A program made the translations under genes and the position numbers. Under the pieces are notes generated by a model. It was not told the origin of the DNA, did not search any database, and saw only the letters and a program-made list of their open reading frames with translations. A stretch of DNA of 32,000 nucleotides, taken from contig DLCN01000003.1 of the NCBI GenBank assembly GCA_002480645.1, positions 276,355-308,354 of the forward strand, read 5' to 3'. Shown here piece by piece: positions 9,182 to 17,427 of the stretch (position 1 is its first letter; every line of letters starts with the position of its first letter). This DNA is from Balneolaceae bacterium UBA7797 (GTDB taxonomy: Bacteria > Bacteroidota > Rhodothermia > Balneolales > Balneolaceae).

Positions 9182-11062
9182 TCAGTTTTCCTCTTTTACC
9201 AGTTCGCCTTTTTTATGAAGCTCCGCGTAATAACGGATAGACTTCATTAACATTGATTTGGCCGGATTGGTTGCTTTAATATCTTTGATCGGATTCTCCT
9301 GTAATTCCAACCGGATCAGGCGTTGCTCTCTGGAAGGTCGTACAGATAATATCCGGTCAAGGATTTTAGGTTCCAAACCTGCAACAGCTTCCAGTATAGT
9401 GCCTGTATTCAGTTCATTGGCAGCATGCTTAATGATCTCAATATCAAGATCCGGAATCTGTTCTATTGTGATGAATTGTTCTTTTAATGCTTCCGCAACC
9501 ACAGAGCCCGTAGCCTGGAGTTGCTCAATATATTGCCGCTGTTGGGTAACAGGAAGTTTTTCAAGAACCGGAAGGATGTTTTCGGTTCCTTTTCGTTCTT
9601 CTTTTTCCAGCTCGATCAATTCCATGGTTTTATCGAATAGCGAATTTGATATAACCCGATGCTGTTTATAGGTAAGATTATGTAGCGTAGCCATTTTTAA
9701 CATGATGTCAGCTACTCTGTCTCTGTCTAATTGATCCAGTATGGAAGCAGCCCGATATTCATCCAGATAATCAATGATCAGAGCTGCAGTTTGGGTATTC
9801 TCTGTTTTGAGCAATCTGAGAATAACTTTCTCAGATACGTGATCCAGAAAACGGAATAAATTAAGCTGGGAGTGTTTCTGCCTGTTTTCTGATTCACCTT
9901 TGTTACCACCCAGTAATTCGTTGAATTCTGTAGCTATTTGTTTTCGTTCTTCCGTACTGAGAGGGGGTAAGTTATCCAGAGCATCACTGATCGCCTGATA
10001 ATAATCCGGTCGTATATCTTTTTTCAGAGAACGAATAAGGTGTCGATCTACTGACGCAATGACCTGAGCGGCACGCCGGGCTCCCTGGTCCGCATGTTCA
10101 TCCATCCAGTATTCAAACAACAGAGAAATATCCTGTGGCTTATTGAAGAAATTCTGAATCAGAAGATCTACTTCATTCGCTTTATCCGGCTCTATAGTTT
10201 TCAGGATCACTGAATTTGAGGTCTGATCGTTTTTAACTTTTCCTTCAACAGTAAGATCACTTCTTAGATTGCTGCGCTGGGACCGGATTGTAGATTGATC
10301 GGTGGAAGATTTTCGGGTAAAGATGCGAGATATAACCAGAGCGATCAGAAACAATACAAAAAGAACCGCCAGAGGGATGTAATCATTAATGCTTTCAGCA
10401 AAAGTTTTTTCTACTTCGGGCTGATTATTCTGTTGAGGAAGTTGCGGGAGTTCCTGAGCCATATCATCCTGAAAATCAGGCATATTTAAGCGCCGAATGT
10501 TGATCACATCTCCACGATTATCATCTGTTTTAGCAGCGATACCTGTGATCAATCTCATAAATTCCAGTTCACGGGTGGTAAGAGATGAATCAGCATAAAT
10601 ATTAATTACCAGGCTATTCAGTTTAAGAGTACGAATGGTATTCTGATTCAGGATCTTTTCCGGATTATTCTCCACATTTTCATCCGGAAGAAGATTCTCT
10701 TCGGGTAAAAAAGGGAGTCCCGGCATGGTAATATTATTAGGTCGCTGCCTTATGACCTGATTTTGAGTAACGGTGAAGGTTTCGTCGACCATCTCGGCAC
10801 TGATATCAACATCTACAAAAAATGAGCGGGGGTCGAAATAATTGGAAAGTATCTGTAAGACCTGTGCATCGTAACGTTGTTCAAGGGTTGCAACTCTGAG
10901 TTCAAAAGAATCGGAAGTGGTTACATTTTCCCCGGTTTGGGCATAACTATTACCTCCAGCAAAAAGAATGATGAGAGTAAGAGCGAAAACCCAAAGTAAA
11001 TTACTGCTTAAGCCAAATCGTAAGTGCTTAAAATAGATGATTTTGCAATTATAGGTCGACAT
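9182..11062 (-). CDS. Fusion of FliF C-terminal (RBM3-like) periplasmic domain, TM helix and FliG-like rotor protein
   Basis: 626 aa. Signal/TM near residues 20-40. LEQRYDAQVLQILSNYF..SFFVDVDIS...RTLKLNSLVINIYADSSLTTRELEFMRLITGIAAKTDDNRGDVINIRRLNMP matches the FliF C-terminal pattern. TM YIPLAVLFVLFLIALVISRIF. FliG middle domain-like NTQTAALIIDYLDEYRAASILDQLDRDRVADIMLKMATL. FliG C-terminal-like FITIEQIPDLDIEIIKHAANELNTGTILEAVAGLEPKILDRILSVRPSREQRLIRLELQENPIKDIKATNPAKSMLMKSIRYYAELHKKGEL. Confidence 0.85.
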   Translation of the reverse strand: MSTYNCKIIYFKHLRFGLSSNLLWVFALTLIILFAGGNSYAQTGENVTTSDSFELRVATLEQRYDAQVLQILSNYFDPRSFFVDVDISAEMVDETFTVTQNQVIRQRPNNITMPGLPFLPEENLLPDENVENNPEKILNQNTIRTLKLNSLVINIYADSSLTTRELEFMRLITGIAAKTDDNRGDVINIRRLNMPDFQDDMAQELPQLPQQNNQPEVEKTFAESINDYIPLAVLFVLFLIALVISRIFTRKSSTDQSTIRSQRSNLRSDLTVEGKVKNDQTSNSVILKTIEPDKANEVDLLIQNFFNKPQDISLLFEYWMDEHADQGARRAAQVIASVDRHLIRSLKKDIRPDYYQAISDALDNLPPLSTEERKQIATEFNELLGGNKGESENRQKHSQLNLFRFLDHVSEKVILRLLKTENTQTAALIIDYLDEYRAASILDQLDRDRVADIMLKMATLHNLTYKQHRVISNSLFDKTMELIELEKEERKGTENILPVLEKLPVTQQRQYIEQLQATGSVVAEALKEQFITIEQIPDLDIEIIKHAANELNTGTILEAVAGLEPKILDRILSVRPSREQRLIRLELQENPIKDIKATNPAKSMLMKSIRYYAELHKKGELVKEEN

Positions 11063-11102
11063 ATTGTAATGTTAGCCGTTTACGAACTTCAATACCATAA
11101 AT

Positions 11103-14102
11103 TTATTCTAATGATCCGCCTATATTTATGATCTGATCCAGAGCTTCCATTTCAGGAATATAAATATCCGGATTAAATCTTACAGCCATATTCCAATTCT
11201 CTCTGGCGAGCTCTTTCTCGCCTTTCAAATAGTGGAGGCTACCCTTTAGAGCGTATCCTTGTGCCGTCTTGAAAATGTCCAGCGATTCGTTAACCAGATC
11301 CATCGCCTGTTCAATTCTTTTTCTGTAGAATGCATTCTGTGCCATAATGATCAAACGTAACGAACGGTCCAGATCATTAAGTAAAGACTCTCTGTATGCG
11401 ACCAATTCTCTGTCTGTTTCTAAACTTGCCATGATCGTTTGAAGCGTATCATTCAGCGCTTCCTGCTCTTCATCATAATCTTTTGGAACGATCAGAAAGT
11501 GTAAGCCTTCTATAAAGTCACCTTCAGATTTTGCCTCCACTTCAATATCCAGTTTTTCGGGGATGGTTCTGGAACCAAGAAGATTCAGCTGACTTTGATC
11601 GACGGTAAGTTCATATTTACCCGGAGGGAGTTCATAATCGTAAAAAGTACCATCCGTAAACGTTCTGATGTCTTTTCTGAAGTCATTTTCAGTACCAACG
11701 ATATGGATATTCAATCCTCCCTGAGGCTGGGTATGACCCTCTTCGTATAACCGCTCTACATTACCTTCAATAACGCCCGATAAATAAAAGGGGATATCGA
11801 TCTTCTTAAAGCTGTTCGGGTCGGTTACAAGCGAGAATTTTTCCAGTTCCGGAACCAGCATCGGATTATTCAGCGAAGCCTTCATCATTTCCATATTGTA
11901 CCGGTAATATGACTGCATCTGCGTGTAATAAAGTACTCCGTTCTTATAGATGGGGAAAGAGCCGGACCTTCCGATCCTCATCTTACCTTCTGGTATCAGG
12001 TTATCTTCTTCTTTATCGTACGTATGATTGTTATTGTTATCTACAAACATACGAATCGCAGTTCCTGATTTACCGACCTGATTTCTGCTCGTGATAATGA
12101 AATTCTTATAGTTACTGTCGTAACCCACCGATCCGCGGACATTTTGTGTGGCCGTATAACTTGTTGAATTGGTGGTAAAGGTGGTGGTAGTTCTTGCTTT
12201 ATTGAATTCAAAAATAAAGCCGATTCTGAAATTTGTATTCTGTGTAATGAAATTCTGCCCCAAAGAAACCTGAATTCGGCCGGTTTTCATAACACTTTTC
12301 GAGATCATCATTTCCATGGATTCAGATTGTTTCAAATACGGTCGGTATCTGTAAGTACCTCTGAAAAATGTCCCGATAAGGAAATCAGGGATCTTTTGTT
12401 CTCTGGTTAAACTATAGGTTACAGAACTGTTAACGGAGGCCGCACGAGTCATCTCCAAAGGGTTGAAGGTATCAATCAGTCTGTCACTGTAGCCCAGTCT
12501 TAAGTTCATTTTCTTAACACGAGTGTTCAGATCCAGTCTGTAGTTTGAAAAATTCTCGTTATCTCTGAAGCGGGTATAGGTAGAAGCCCTCACATTTAAC
12601 GGGAAATTGCCGATCCTGAAAGGATAAAATCCGCTTAAGCTGAGCTGACTACTATTTCCACCTTGATTATACAATCCGGATTGTGCAATAAAGTTTGTGT
12701 AATTAACGCTAAAACTGGAGCTGTTTGCGTATATGGCATTAATTCCGGACCTGAAAAATCCATTTGAGATAGCTTCCATGGTTACAATGTAATTTGTAAG
12801 CAGACGCCCTGATACTTTGGAAGTAATGCTGGGACCGGGATTGGAGACTAACCCGTCAAAATACTCAAATCCGGCTCCGGCTGTCAGCCAGTTTGTAACC
12901 CCCACAGTGGTTTTTCCCTGTACAGTATAATTGCGATCTTCAGATCCTATAAGTGAATTTTTTAGCCTTCCTGCGTTTAAGTGATAGGTGACTTCGCCTT
13001 TAGGATTAAAGTTGAATGGAACCTGTACACGTCTCGATTCCTGAATGATCTGTCCCGTAGGACCGTAAATTCTAAGGTCTAATTGTGAGGATCCATAATA
13101 TAACGGTGCAATAAAACGATATCTCCCCAGATCATCCGCTTTTTGAAAATCGATAAGTGAATTGTTTAAGTACAATTCTACTTCTGATTGTGGAGTCACA
13201 TAACCCTGAACTTCGTATTCATCAAAAAACTGACGGCTTTCAATGGGCTCATTAGTTAAACGCACACCAACATATTGCGAATTCAATGCTCCGTCCAGCG
13301 TATTGTCACCAACAGCTACTTTTGTTATTAGCGGTGTATCTCTGATAATATATCGCCAGCGTAGGTTATTAGTGGCGAAGGTCGAGAATTCCGAATTAAC
13401 TGCTGCAATTGTTGAACCCTGCAGATCCCCACCGGCTAATTGAAGACCAATGTTATTACTCATATTAAAGGTAGTAGAGCTTTGACTATTGATCGCAGAA
13501 ATGGAGTAGTCCATGAAGCCTCCATCAAATGCACTCCATTTCCGGTCAAATTCCAGTGGAAAGAATTCGGTGGTAGTTCGGTAACCACGTTGCATATTCT
13601 CTCTTTTTGCCGTTCTTACCGTTCTTTCGATACGTGGAATAGGAATATTGGTCTCCAGATCTAATGCAAGGTTATTGAAATCAACCGTAAAATTTAGCCC
13701 AAAGATATTTTTAAAAATGTCTGGATGTAAGAAATAGTCCAGCTCTTTGATCAGAACCTCTTCCGGTTTGATCTCTGTAGAGGTACCATCAAATGTAATT
13801 GTATAATTTTCAAGATCGATTCGATACGGAATCTGATCGAGCCCAAAATTTCCCTGGACTACCAGACCATTTACATTGGCTTCGAAATCGAGCGTAGAAA
13901 AAAGACCGTTAACAGGCAGGTAGAAAACATCGTCAAGGTAGTAAGAAGTGACGATGCTGTTAATTACACCACGGTGTCTGAATGCAAGATATACCTCGAA
14001 ACTATCATCCTCGTCTACCTGAGCAACACTGTTAACAGGAAACAGTAATCCAAGTAGCAGAGAAAGAATTAAATAACGGGCAAAATTGCATCTTACATTC
14101 AC
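11103..14102 (-). CDS. Fimbrial outer-membrane usher protein with C-terminal TPR-like extension
   Basis: 999 aa. Signal peptide ending SVAQ, repeated amphipathic strands, GVRLTNEPIESRQFFDEYEVQGYVTPQSEVELYLNNSLIDFQKADDLGRYRFIAPLYYGSSQLDLRIYGPTGQIIQESRRVQVPFNFNPKGEVTYHLNAG, FVDNNNNHTYDKEEDNLIPEG, and PQGGLNIHIVG..DFRKDIRTFTDGTFYDYELPPGKYEL. Overlaps the chaperone start codon by 4 bp. Confidence 0.88.
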   Translation of the reverse strand: MNVRCNFARYLILSLLLGLLFPVNSVAQVDEDDSFEVYLAFRHRGVINSIVTSYYLDDVFYLPVNGLFSTLDFEANVNGLVVQGNFGLDQIPYRIDLENYTITFDGTSTEIKPEEVLIKELDYFLHPDIFKNIFGLNFTVDFNNLALDLETNIPIPRIERTVRTAKRENMQRGYRTTTEFFPLEFDRKWSAFDGGFMDYSISAINSQSSTTFNMSNNIGLQLAGGDLQGSTIAAVNSEFSTFATNNLRWRYIIRDTPLITKVAVGDNTLDGALNSQYVGVRLTNEPIESRQFFDEYEVQGYVTPQSEVELYLNNSLIDFQKADDLGRYRFIAPLYYGSSQLDLRIYGPTGQIIQESRRVQVPFNFNPKGEVTYHLNAGRLKNSLIGSEDRNYTVQGKTTVGVTNWLTAGAGFEYFDGLVSNPGPSITSKVSGRLLTNYIVTMEAISNGFFRSGINAIYANSSSFSVNYTNFIAQSGLYNQGGNSSQLSLSGFYPFRIGNFPLNVRASTYTRFRDNENFSNYRLDLNTRVKKMNLRLGYSDRLIDTFNPLEMTRAASVNSSVTYSLTREQKIPDFLIGTFFRGTYRYRPYLKQSESMEMMISKSVMKTGRIQVSLGQNFITQNTNFRIGFIFEFNKARTTTTFTTNSTSYTATQNVRGSVGYDSNYKNFIITSRNQVGKSGTAIRMFVDNNNNHTYDKEEDNLIPEGKMRIGRSGSFPIYKNGVLYYTQMQSYYRYNMEMMKASLNNPMLVPELEKFSLVTDPNSFKKIDIPFYLSGVIEGNVERLYEEGHTQPQGGLNIHIVGTENDFRKDIRTFTDGTFYDYELPPGKYELTVDQSQLNLLGSRTIPEKLDIEVEAKSEGDFIEGLHFLIVPKDYDEEQEALNDTLQTIMASLETDRELVAYRESLLNDLDRSLRLIIMAQNAFYRKRIEQAMDLVNESLDIFKTAQGYALKGSLHYLKGEKELARENWNMAVRFNPDIYIPEMEALDQIINIGGSLE

Positions 14103-14926
14103 CGGATTGAGATCGTTTCTGAAGCAGTGACCGGATCCATCTGGATCAGATCATTTGAAGATAAATCTGGCCTTTGAGATTCAAACAGGGCAGATACACG
14201 GTAAGTGCCGGGAGCAAGGTCGGTAAGATCGAAATCCTGACGATAAACGCCATCGAAGTACATAGAGGTAGAAATGAAACTACGTCGTACTTCTTCTCCC
14301 GCCGGGTTAAACAAAGAAAGTGTAACTGAACCTAAAAAAGGAGAGTTTCCCGTTCTGTTATAATCCACCATAACAGCGAGACTTCCGTCATCATTTAAAG
14401 AAGAACGAATTCCTTCAATTTCAATTCCGGTTGAAACGTCTCCTTTTTTATAAAAAAGTCCGGTTACCTGTTCTACGGTTATACCAACAGTTGCACTAAC
14501 TACCTCAGAGGTTTGGAGCTCTAAGGGTGGTGCTTCCGGTGACGATTTTGTCTTGATTCTTGCCCAGTAGGTGCCATCATTCAGATCATTAGGAGGGGTT
14601 ACTCTTAAACGAACCATCTGGCGTTGACCCGGTGATAACGTGAAGTTCTGAGGGAAAGCTCTGATATAATCCGCAATAGAATATTGTTGCTGAACCAGGC
14701 TATCATCAACTACAGCAGAGCGGTTGCCATCGTTATCAGTACTGCTATAGGCAAAGAAAAAATCTATCGACACTTCCTGAGTTTGGTTTCCGCCATTAAC
14801 CACCATGTAGGACCCAAACCGTGAATTGGCATCAAGAAATAGATTTGTAGGGGCAATAGTAACCTGAGCAAAGGCTACAGAACCAAACAAAAAACAAGCA
14901 AAGACTGTAATTGATATTCGTTTCAT
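14099..14926 (-). CDS. PapD-like periplasmic fimbrial chaperone
   Basis: 275 aa. Signal peptide; VTIAPTNLFLDANSRFGSYMVVNGGNQTQEVSIDFFFAY..FPQNFTLSPGQRQMVRLRVTPPNDLNDGTYWARIKTKSSP; ATG overlaps the usher gene. Confidence 0.85.
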   Translation of the reverse strand: MKRISITVFACFLFGSVAFAQVTIAPTNLFLDANSRFGSYMVVNGGNQTQEVSIDFFFAYSSTDNDGNRSAVVDDSLVQQQYSIADYIRAFPQNFTLSPGQRQMVRLRVTPPNDLNDGTYWARIKTKSSPEAPPLELQTSEVVSATVGITVEQVTGLFYKKGDVSTGIEIEGIRSSLNDDGSLAVMVDYNRTGNSPFLGSVTLSLFNPAGEEVRRSFISTSMYFDGVYRQDFDLTDLAPGTYRVSALFESQRPDLSSNDLIQMDPVTASETISIR

Positions 14927-15014
14927 CGAATTTTTTTTTGTTTTAAAAACTAGGTCAATCTAATAAAAAATCAATTTCAGTGTTCAATTATTTATTAGTT
15001 GAAAAATCACCCCT

Positions 15015-15047
15015 AAAAAAAAAGTCTCACAAAATTGTGAGACTTTT
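15015..15047 (-). terminator. Strong intrinsic terminator directly downstream of the probable major fimbrial subunit gene
   Basis: Perfect AAAAGTCTCAC / GTGAGACTTTT inverted repeat (15020-15030 and 15037-15047) with AAAATT loop. On the minus strand it is followed by a run of T (nine consecutive A on +, 15015-15023). Confidence 0.85.
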
Positions 15048-15068
15048 AAATTCTGTTTTACTGTTTGA

Positions 15069-15590
15069 TTATTGGTAATCAACAGTGATCGCGATATCGT
15101 CTCCACCAGTGTTTGAAGTAGAGTAGTTACCGGCAGTTTCAGTACCTGCGAAGTTGATAGTTCCACCAACATACACATCCAGAGTACCACCGGAAAGAGC
15201 AGTTGCGTGAGCACCATCACTATCAACAGTTGTGCCGTCAAAGATCTCAACATCCATAGTAGGTAGCGGAGTTGTTCCGTCGGTAAGAGTTGCAGATACA
15301 TCATAAGTAATATCGATTGCAGAGTTGCCAGTACCTGTAATGGTAATTCGACCGCGCTGAGAACCGGTTCCGGCACCAGCATCAACTCCGTCAGCACCTA
15401 CAGTAACGTTACCTGAAGTACCGGTTGCAATAGCACCGAAAGATACCGTATCAACTACAGTGATGTTAAGAGAAGCAAGAACGTTTGCAGCTGCACCAAC
15501 GTTGTCAGATGCACTTGTTTGAGCGAAAGCAGCAGTAGAAGCGATAGCAACTACAGCAAGAACAGCGAATATATTTTTGAAAGATTTCAT
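15069..15590 (-). CDS. DUF4402-like fimbrial subunit, probable major pilin
   Basis: Start reassigned to the internal ATG at 15588-15590 (MKSFKNIFAVLAVVAIASTAAFAQ signal peptide). NITVVDTVSFGAIATGTSGNVTVGADG...GTLDVYVGGTINFAGTETAGNYSTSNTGGDDIAITVDYQ matches the DUF4402 pattern. Confidence 0.8.
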   Translation of the reverse strand: MKSFKNIFAVLAVVAIASTAAFAQTSASDNVGAAANVLASLNITVVDTVSFGAIATGTSGNVTVGADGVDAGAGTGSQRGRITITGTGNSAIDITYDVSATLTDGTTPLPTMDVEIFDGTTVDSDGAHATALSGGTLDVYVGGTINFAGTETAGNYSTSNTGGDDIAITVDYQ

Positions 15591-15626
15591 AGTGTGTGGA
15601 CTAAGTGTTGTTTTGAGTTTCTGATA

Positions 15627-15657
15627 CAAAGTTAGGAGCAATCAGCAAATACAACAA
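15627..15657 (-). promoter_or_regulatory. Bacteroidota-type promoter (TTG-N20-TAACTTTG) upstream of the probable major pilin
   Basis: Minus-strand TAACTTTG (revcomp of 15627-15634) fits TAnnTTTG; TTG at 15655-15657 is 20 nt upstream; about 36 bp before the ATG. Confidence 0.5.
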
Positions 15658-15700
15658 GTTAGATTCTATTAATCAATTTAGGGAGTTTTTAATGTACTCT

Positions 15701-16225
15701 TTAGTCATAAGAAACAATAAGTAAGGCCTCTCCGGAATAGCTTCCGTTTGGGATGTTTCCAATGTTAATTGCCCCTGTTACATATACAAATACATCTTTC
15801 CAGTAATCGGTATTTGCCCCTGTTGTGCTTGCAAAATTGGTCATGTTAATAAAGCCATAGTTATTTGCCAGTAATTTGGAATCAAAAGGGTCGTCCCCTG
15901 AATTGTTATAATAGATATTCAGATCCAGGGGAATATTATCTTCGATAGTAGGATCAGAATGGCTAAGTGCATCGGGATAATCTAATTCGATAGTAAGACT
16001 TTGAGTCCGGTAGGTTCTGATCTTGAATATTCCAAGACTGAGATCATCGAGACCAATTCTGGTAATTCCGGAGTTTGTGGTGAGCGTACCGAAATTTAAT
16101 TCCTGTTCCACCTCAATGGTCAATTCCGGTTCAACATCAATTTCGATATCTATGATCTGGGCGTTTACAAAGATGGGGCAAATAGACAGAATTATGAGAA
16201 CAGAAAAGAATCTTGCTCTAATCAT
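15701..16225 (-). CDS. DUF4402-like fimbrial subunit
   Basis: 174 aa. Signal peptide; IEVEQELNFGTLTT..., VFVYVTGAINIGNIPNGSYSGEALLIVSYD C-terminal strand pattern shared with neighbours. Confidence 0.65.
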   Translation of the reverse strand: MIRARFFSVLIILSICPIFVNAQIIDIEIDVEPELTIEVEQELNFGTLTTNSGITRIGLDDLSLGIFKIRTYRTQSLTIELDYPDALSHSDPTIEDNIPLDLNIYYNNSGDDPFDSKLLANNYGFINMTNFASTTGANTDYWKDVFVYVTGAINIGNIPNGSYSGEALLIVSYD

Positions 16226-16820
16226 AACTTACCATGATTGTGATCTGACCCTCGTACGTTCCGGCATCAATTGAGCCCACATTCAATGCCCCATATATAT
16301 AGATGTAAGCTGTCTCGTTGTATAATGCCGGGTTATATCCGCTATATACCGGAGTAGGGGGCGGACCCGGTGGATTATTACCACGATATTTGATCGGGAA
16401 CTGAGCACTTGCAATATTTGAAGCTATACTCATTGTGATAGCCTGACTGGTATTATTGAGCCCTCTGTTTGCGTAAGCGGCATTCAATGTAAAGGGTAAC
16501 CGGCAACTGGGGTCACTTACACAGGCAAGATTTCCATTCAATAGCAGGTAGTCGTCGGCGGTGATATCCACAATAACATCTAAATACTTTACGCCTTCAA
16601 TAGACAGAACCTTGGCATCATTAATATCTTTTGAAACCATGCCTTCATTCATGATCACAATACCAAAATCAAGGTCAGAACCGGGAGACAAATCAGAGAG
16701 AGTCACTGAATAAGAAGAACTATATGAACCGAAGTCTATTTCCTGCGCATAACTATGGTTCAATGAAAAAACTACAAGTAGTACCAGATATATAAAAAGG
16801 ATATGTGGTTTTCTTGACAT
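16218..16820 (-). CDS. Fimbrial subunit-like secreted protein (DUF4402-like C-terminus)
   Basis: 200 aa. Signal peptide; DLDFGIVIMNEG..., AYIYIYGALNVGSIDAGTYEGQITIMVSYD; overlaps the next gene by 8 bp. Confidence 0.6.
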   Translation of the reverse strand: MSRKPHILFIYLVLLVVFSLNHSYAQEIDFGSYSSSYSVTLSDLSPGSDLDFGIVIMNEGMVSKDINDAKVLSIEGVKYLDVIVDITADDYLLLNGNLACVSDPSCRLPFTLNAAYANRGLNNTSQAITMSIASNIASAQFPIKYRGNNPPGPPPTPVYSGYNPALYNETAYIYIYGALNVGSIDAGTYEGQITIMVSYD

Positions 16821-16829
16821 TATGATCTA

Positions 16830-17330
16830 TCAGATATAATCGATCTCAATTTTAAATTCGCCTCTGTAGTTTCCCGGTGCTGCATTTTCAAGATTTACTC
16901 TGCCGCCAACCCAGAAATAGAAACGACCCTCTGTATTAAATCGTTGAACTTCATCCTGATTCTCGATAATAATGGATGTAGCCTGTTCTTCGATATTATT
17001 TCTGGAGATCTCGTAAACAAAGGTCAGAGTCCCGGTTTCCTGTTGATTGGTGAGAGTAACTTCTTCGTTATAATCTAACCTGAATTCTGAACGGGGTGTT
17101 CCTATTGCGATCATGAACCCGGCATTGGTGTCCATGATCGGATTTACATAAAGTTCGGTTTGTCCCGGTCTTACCCGACCAAAGGTCATTGTATTTACCG
17201 TGATCAACTCGATGGTTTGAACCATCGTGGTCTTAACGCCAATATTAGCGGTGATCTCGGCAGATTTTTGAGCCTGAGCATCCGTAAAAGCGATGGTAAA
17301 TAATAAAAGTATCGTGAAGATATACTTCAT
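16830..17330 (-). CDS. DUF4402-like fimbrial subunit
   Basis: 166 aa. Signal peptide; IELITVNTMTFGRVRPGQTELYVNP..., RFYFWVGGRVNLENAAPGNYRGEFKIEIDYI. Confidence 0.65.
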   Translation of the reverse strand: MKYIFTILLLFTIAFTDAQAQKSAEITANIGVKTTMVQTIELITVNTMTFGRVRPGQTELYVNPIMDTNAGFMIAIGTPRSEFRLDYNEEVTLTNQQETGTLTFVYEISRNNIEEQATSIIIENQDEVQRFNTEGRFYFWVGGRVNLENAAPGNYRGEFKIEIDYI

Positions 17331-17427
17331 AAAATTGCCGGGAGAATCTTTTTGTATAAAGATTGCATTTACAACACTTTTAAGCCAGTTAATCTTTCTT
17401 AATTAACTGATTGTAATTACTACCCCG

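Noticed and set aside
6010-11062. Possibility that the Mot-like and FliG-like genes are simply part of a normal flagellar operon
   Set aside because: No fliE/fliH/fliI/flgB/flgC/fliM/fliN or export genes are adjacent and the flanking genes are fimbrial. A flagellar set elsewhere in the genome cannot be excluded from this window.
14984-15397. Minus-strand ORF of 137 aa overlapping the DUF4402-like pilin
   Set aside because: Frame-shadow of the real pilin gene with a low-complexity Leu/Thr-rich product and no signal peptide; it also runs through the terminator hairpin.
15591-15641. Upstream part of the listed ORF 15069-15641 (MLLTLYQKLKTTLSPHT)
   Set aside because: The internal ATG at 15590 begins a clean signal peptide. 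The upstream extension overlaps the putative promoter region and breaks the signal peptide.
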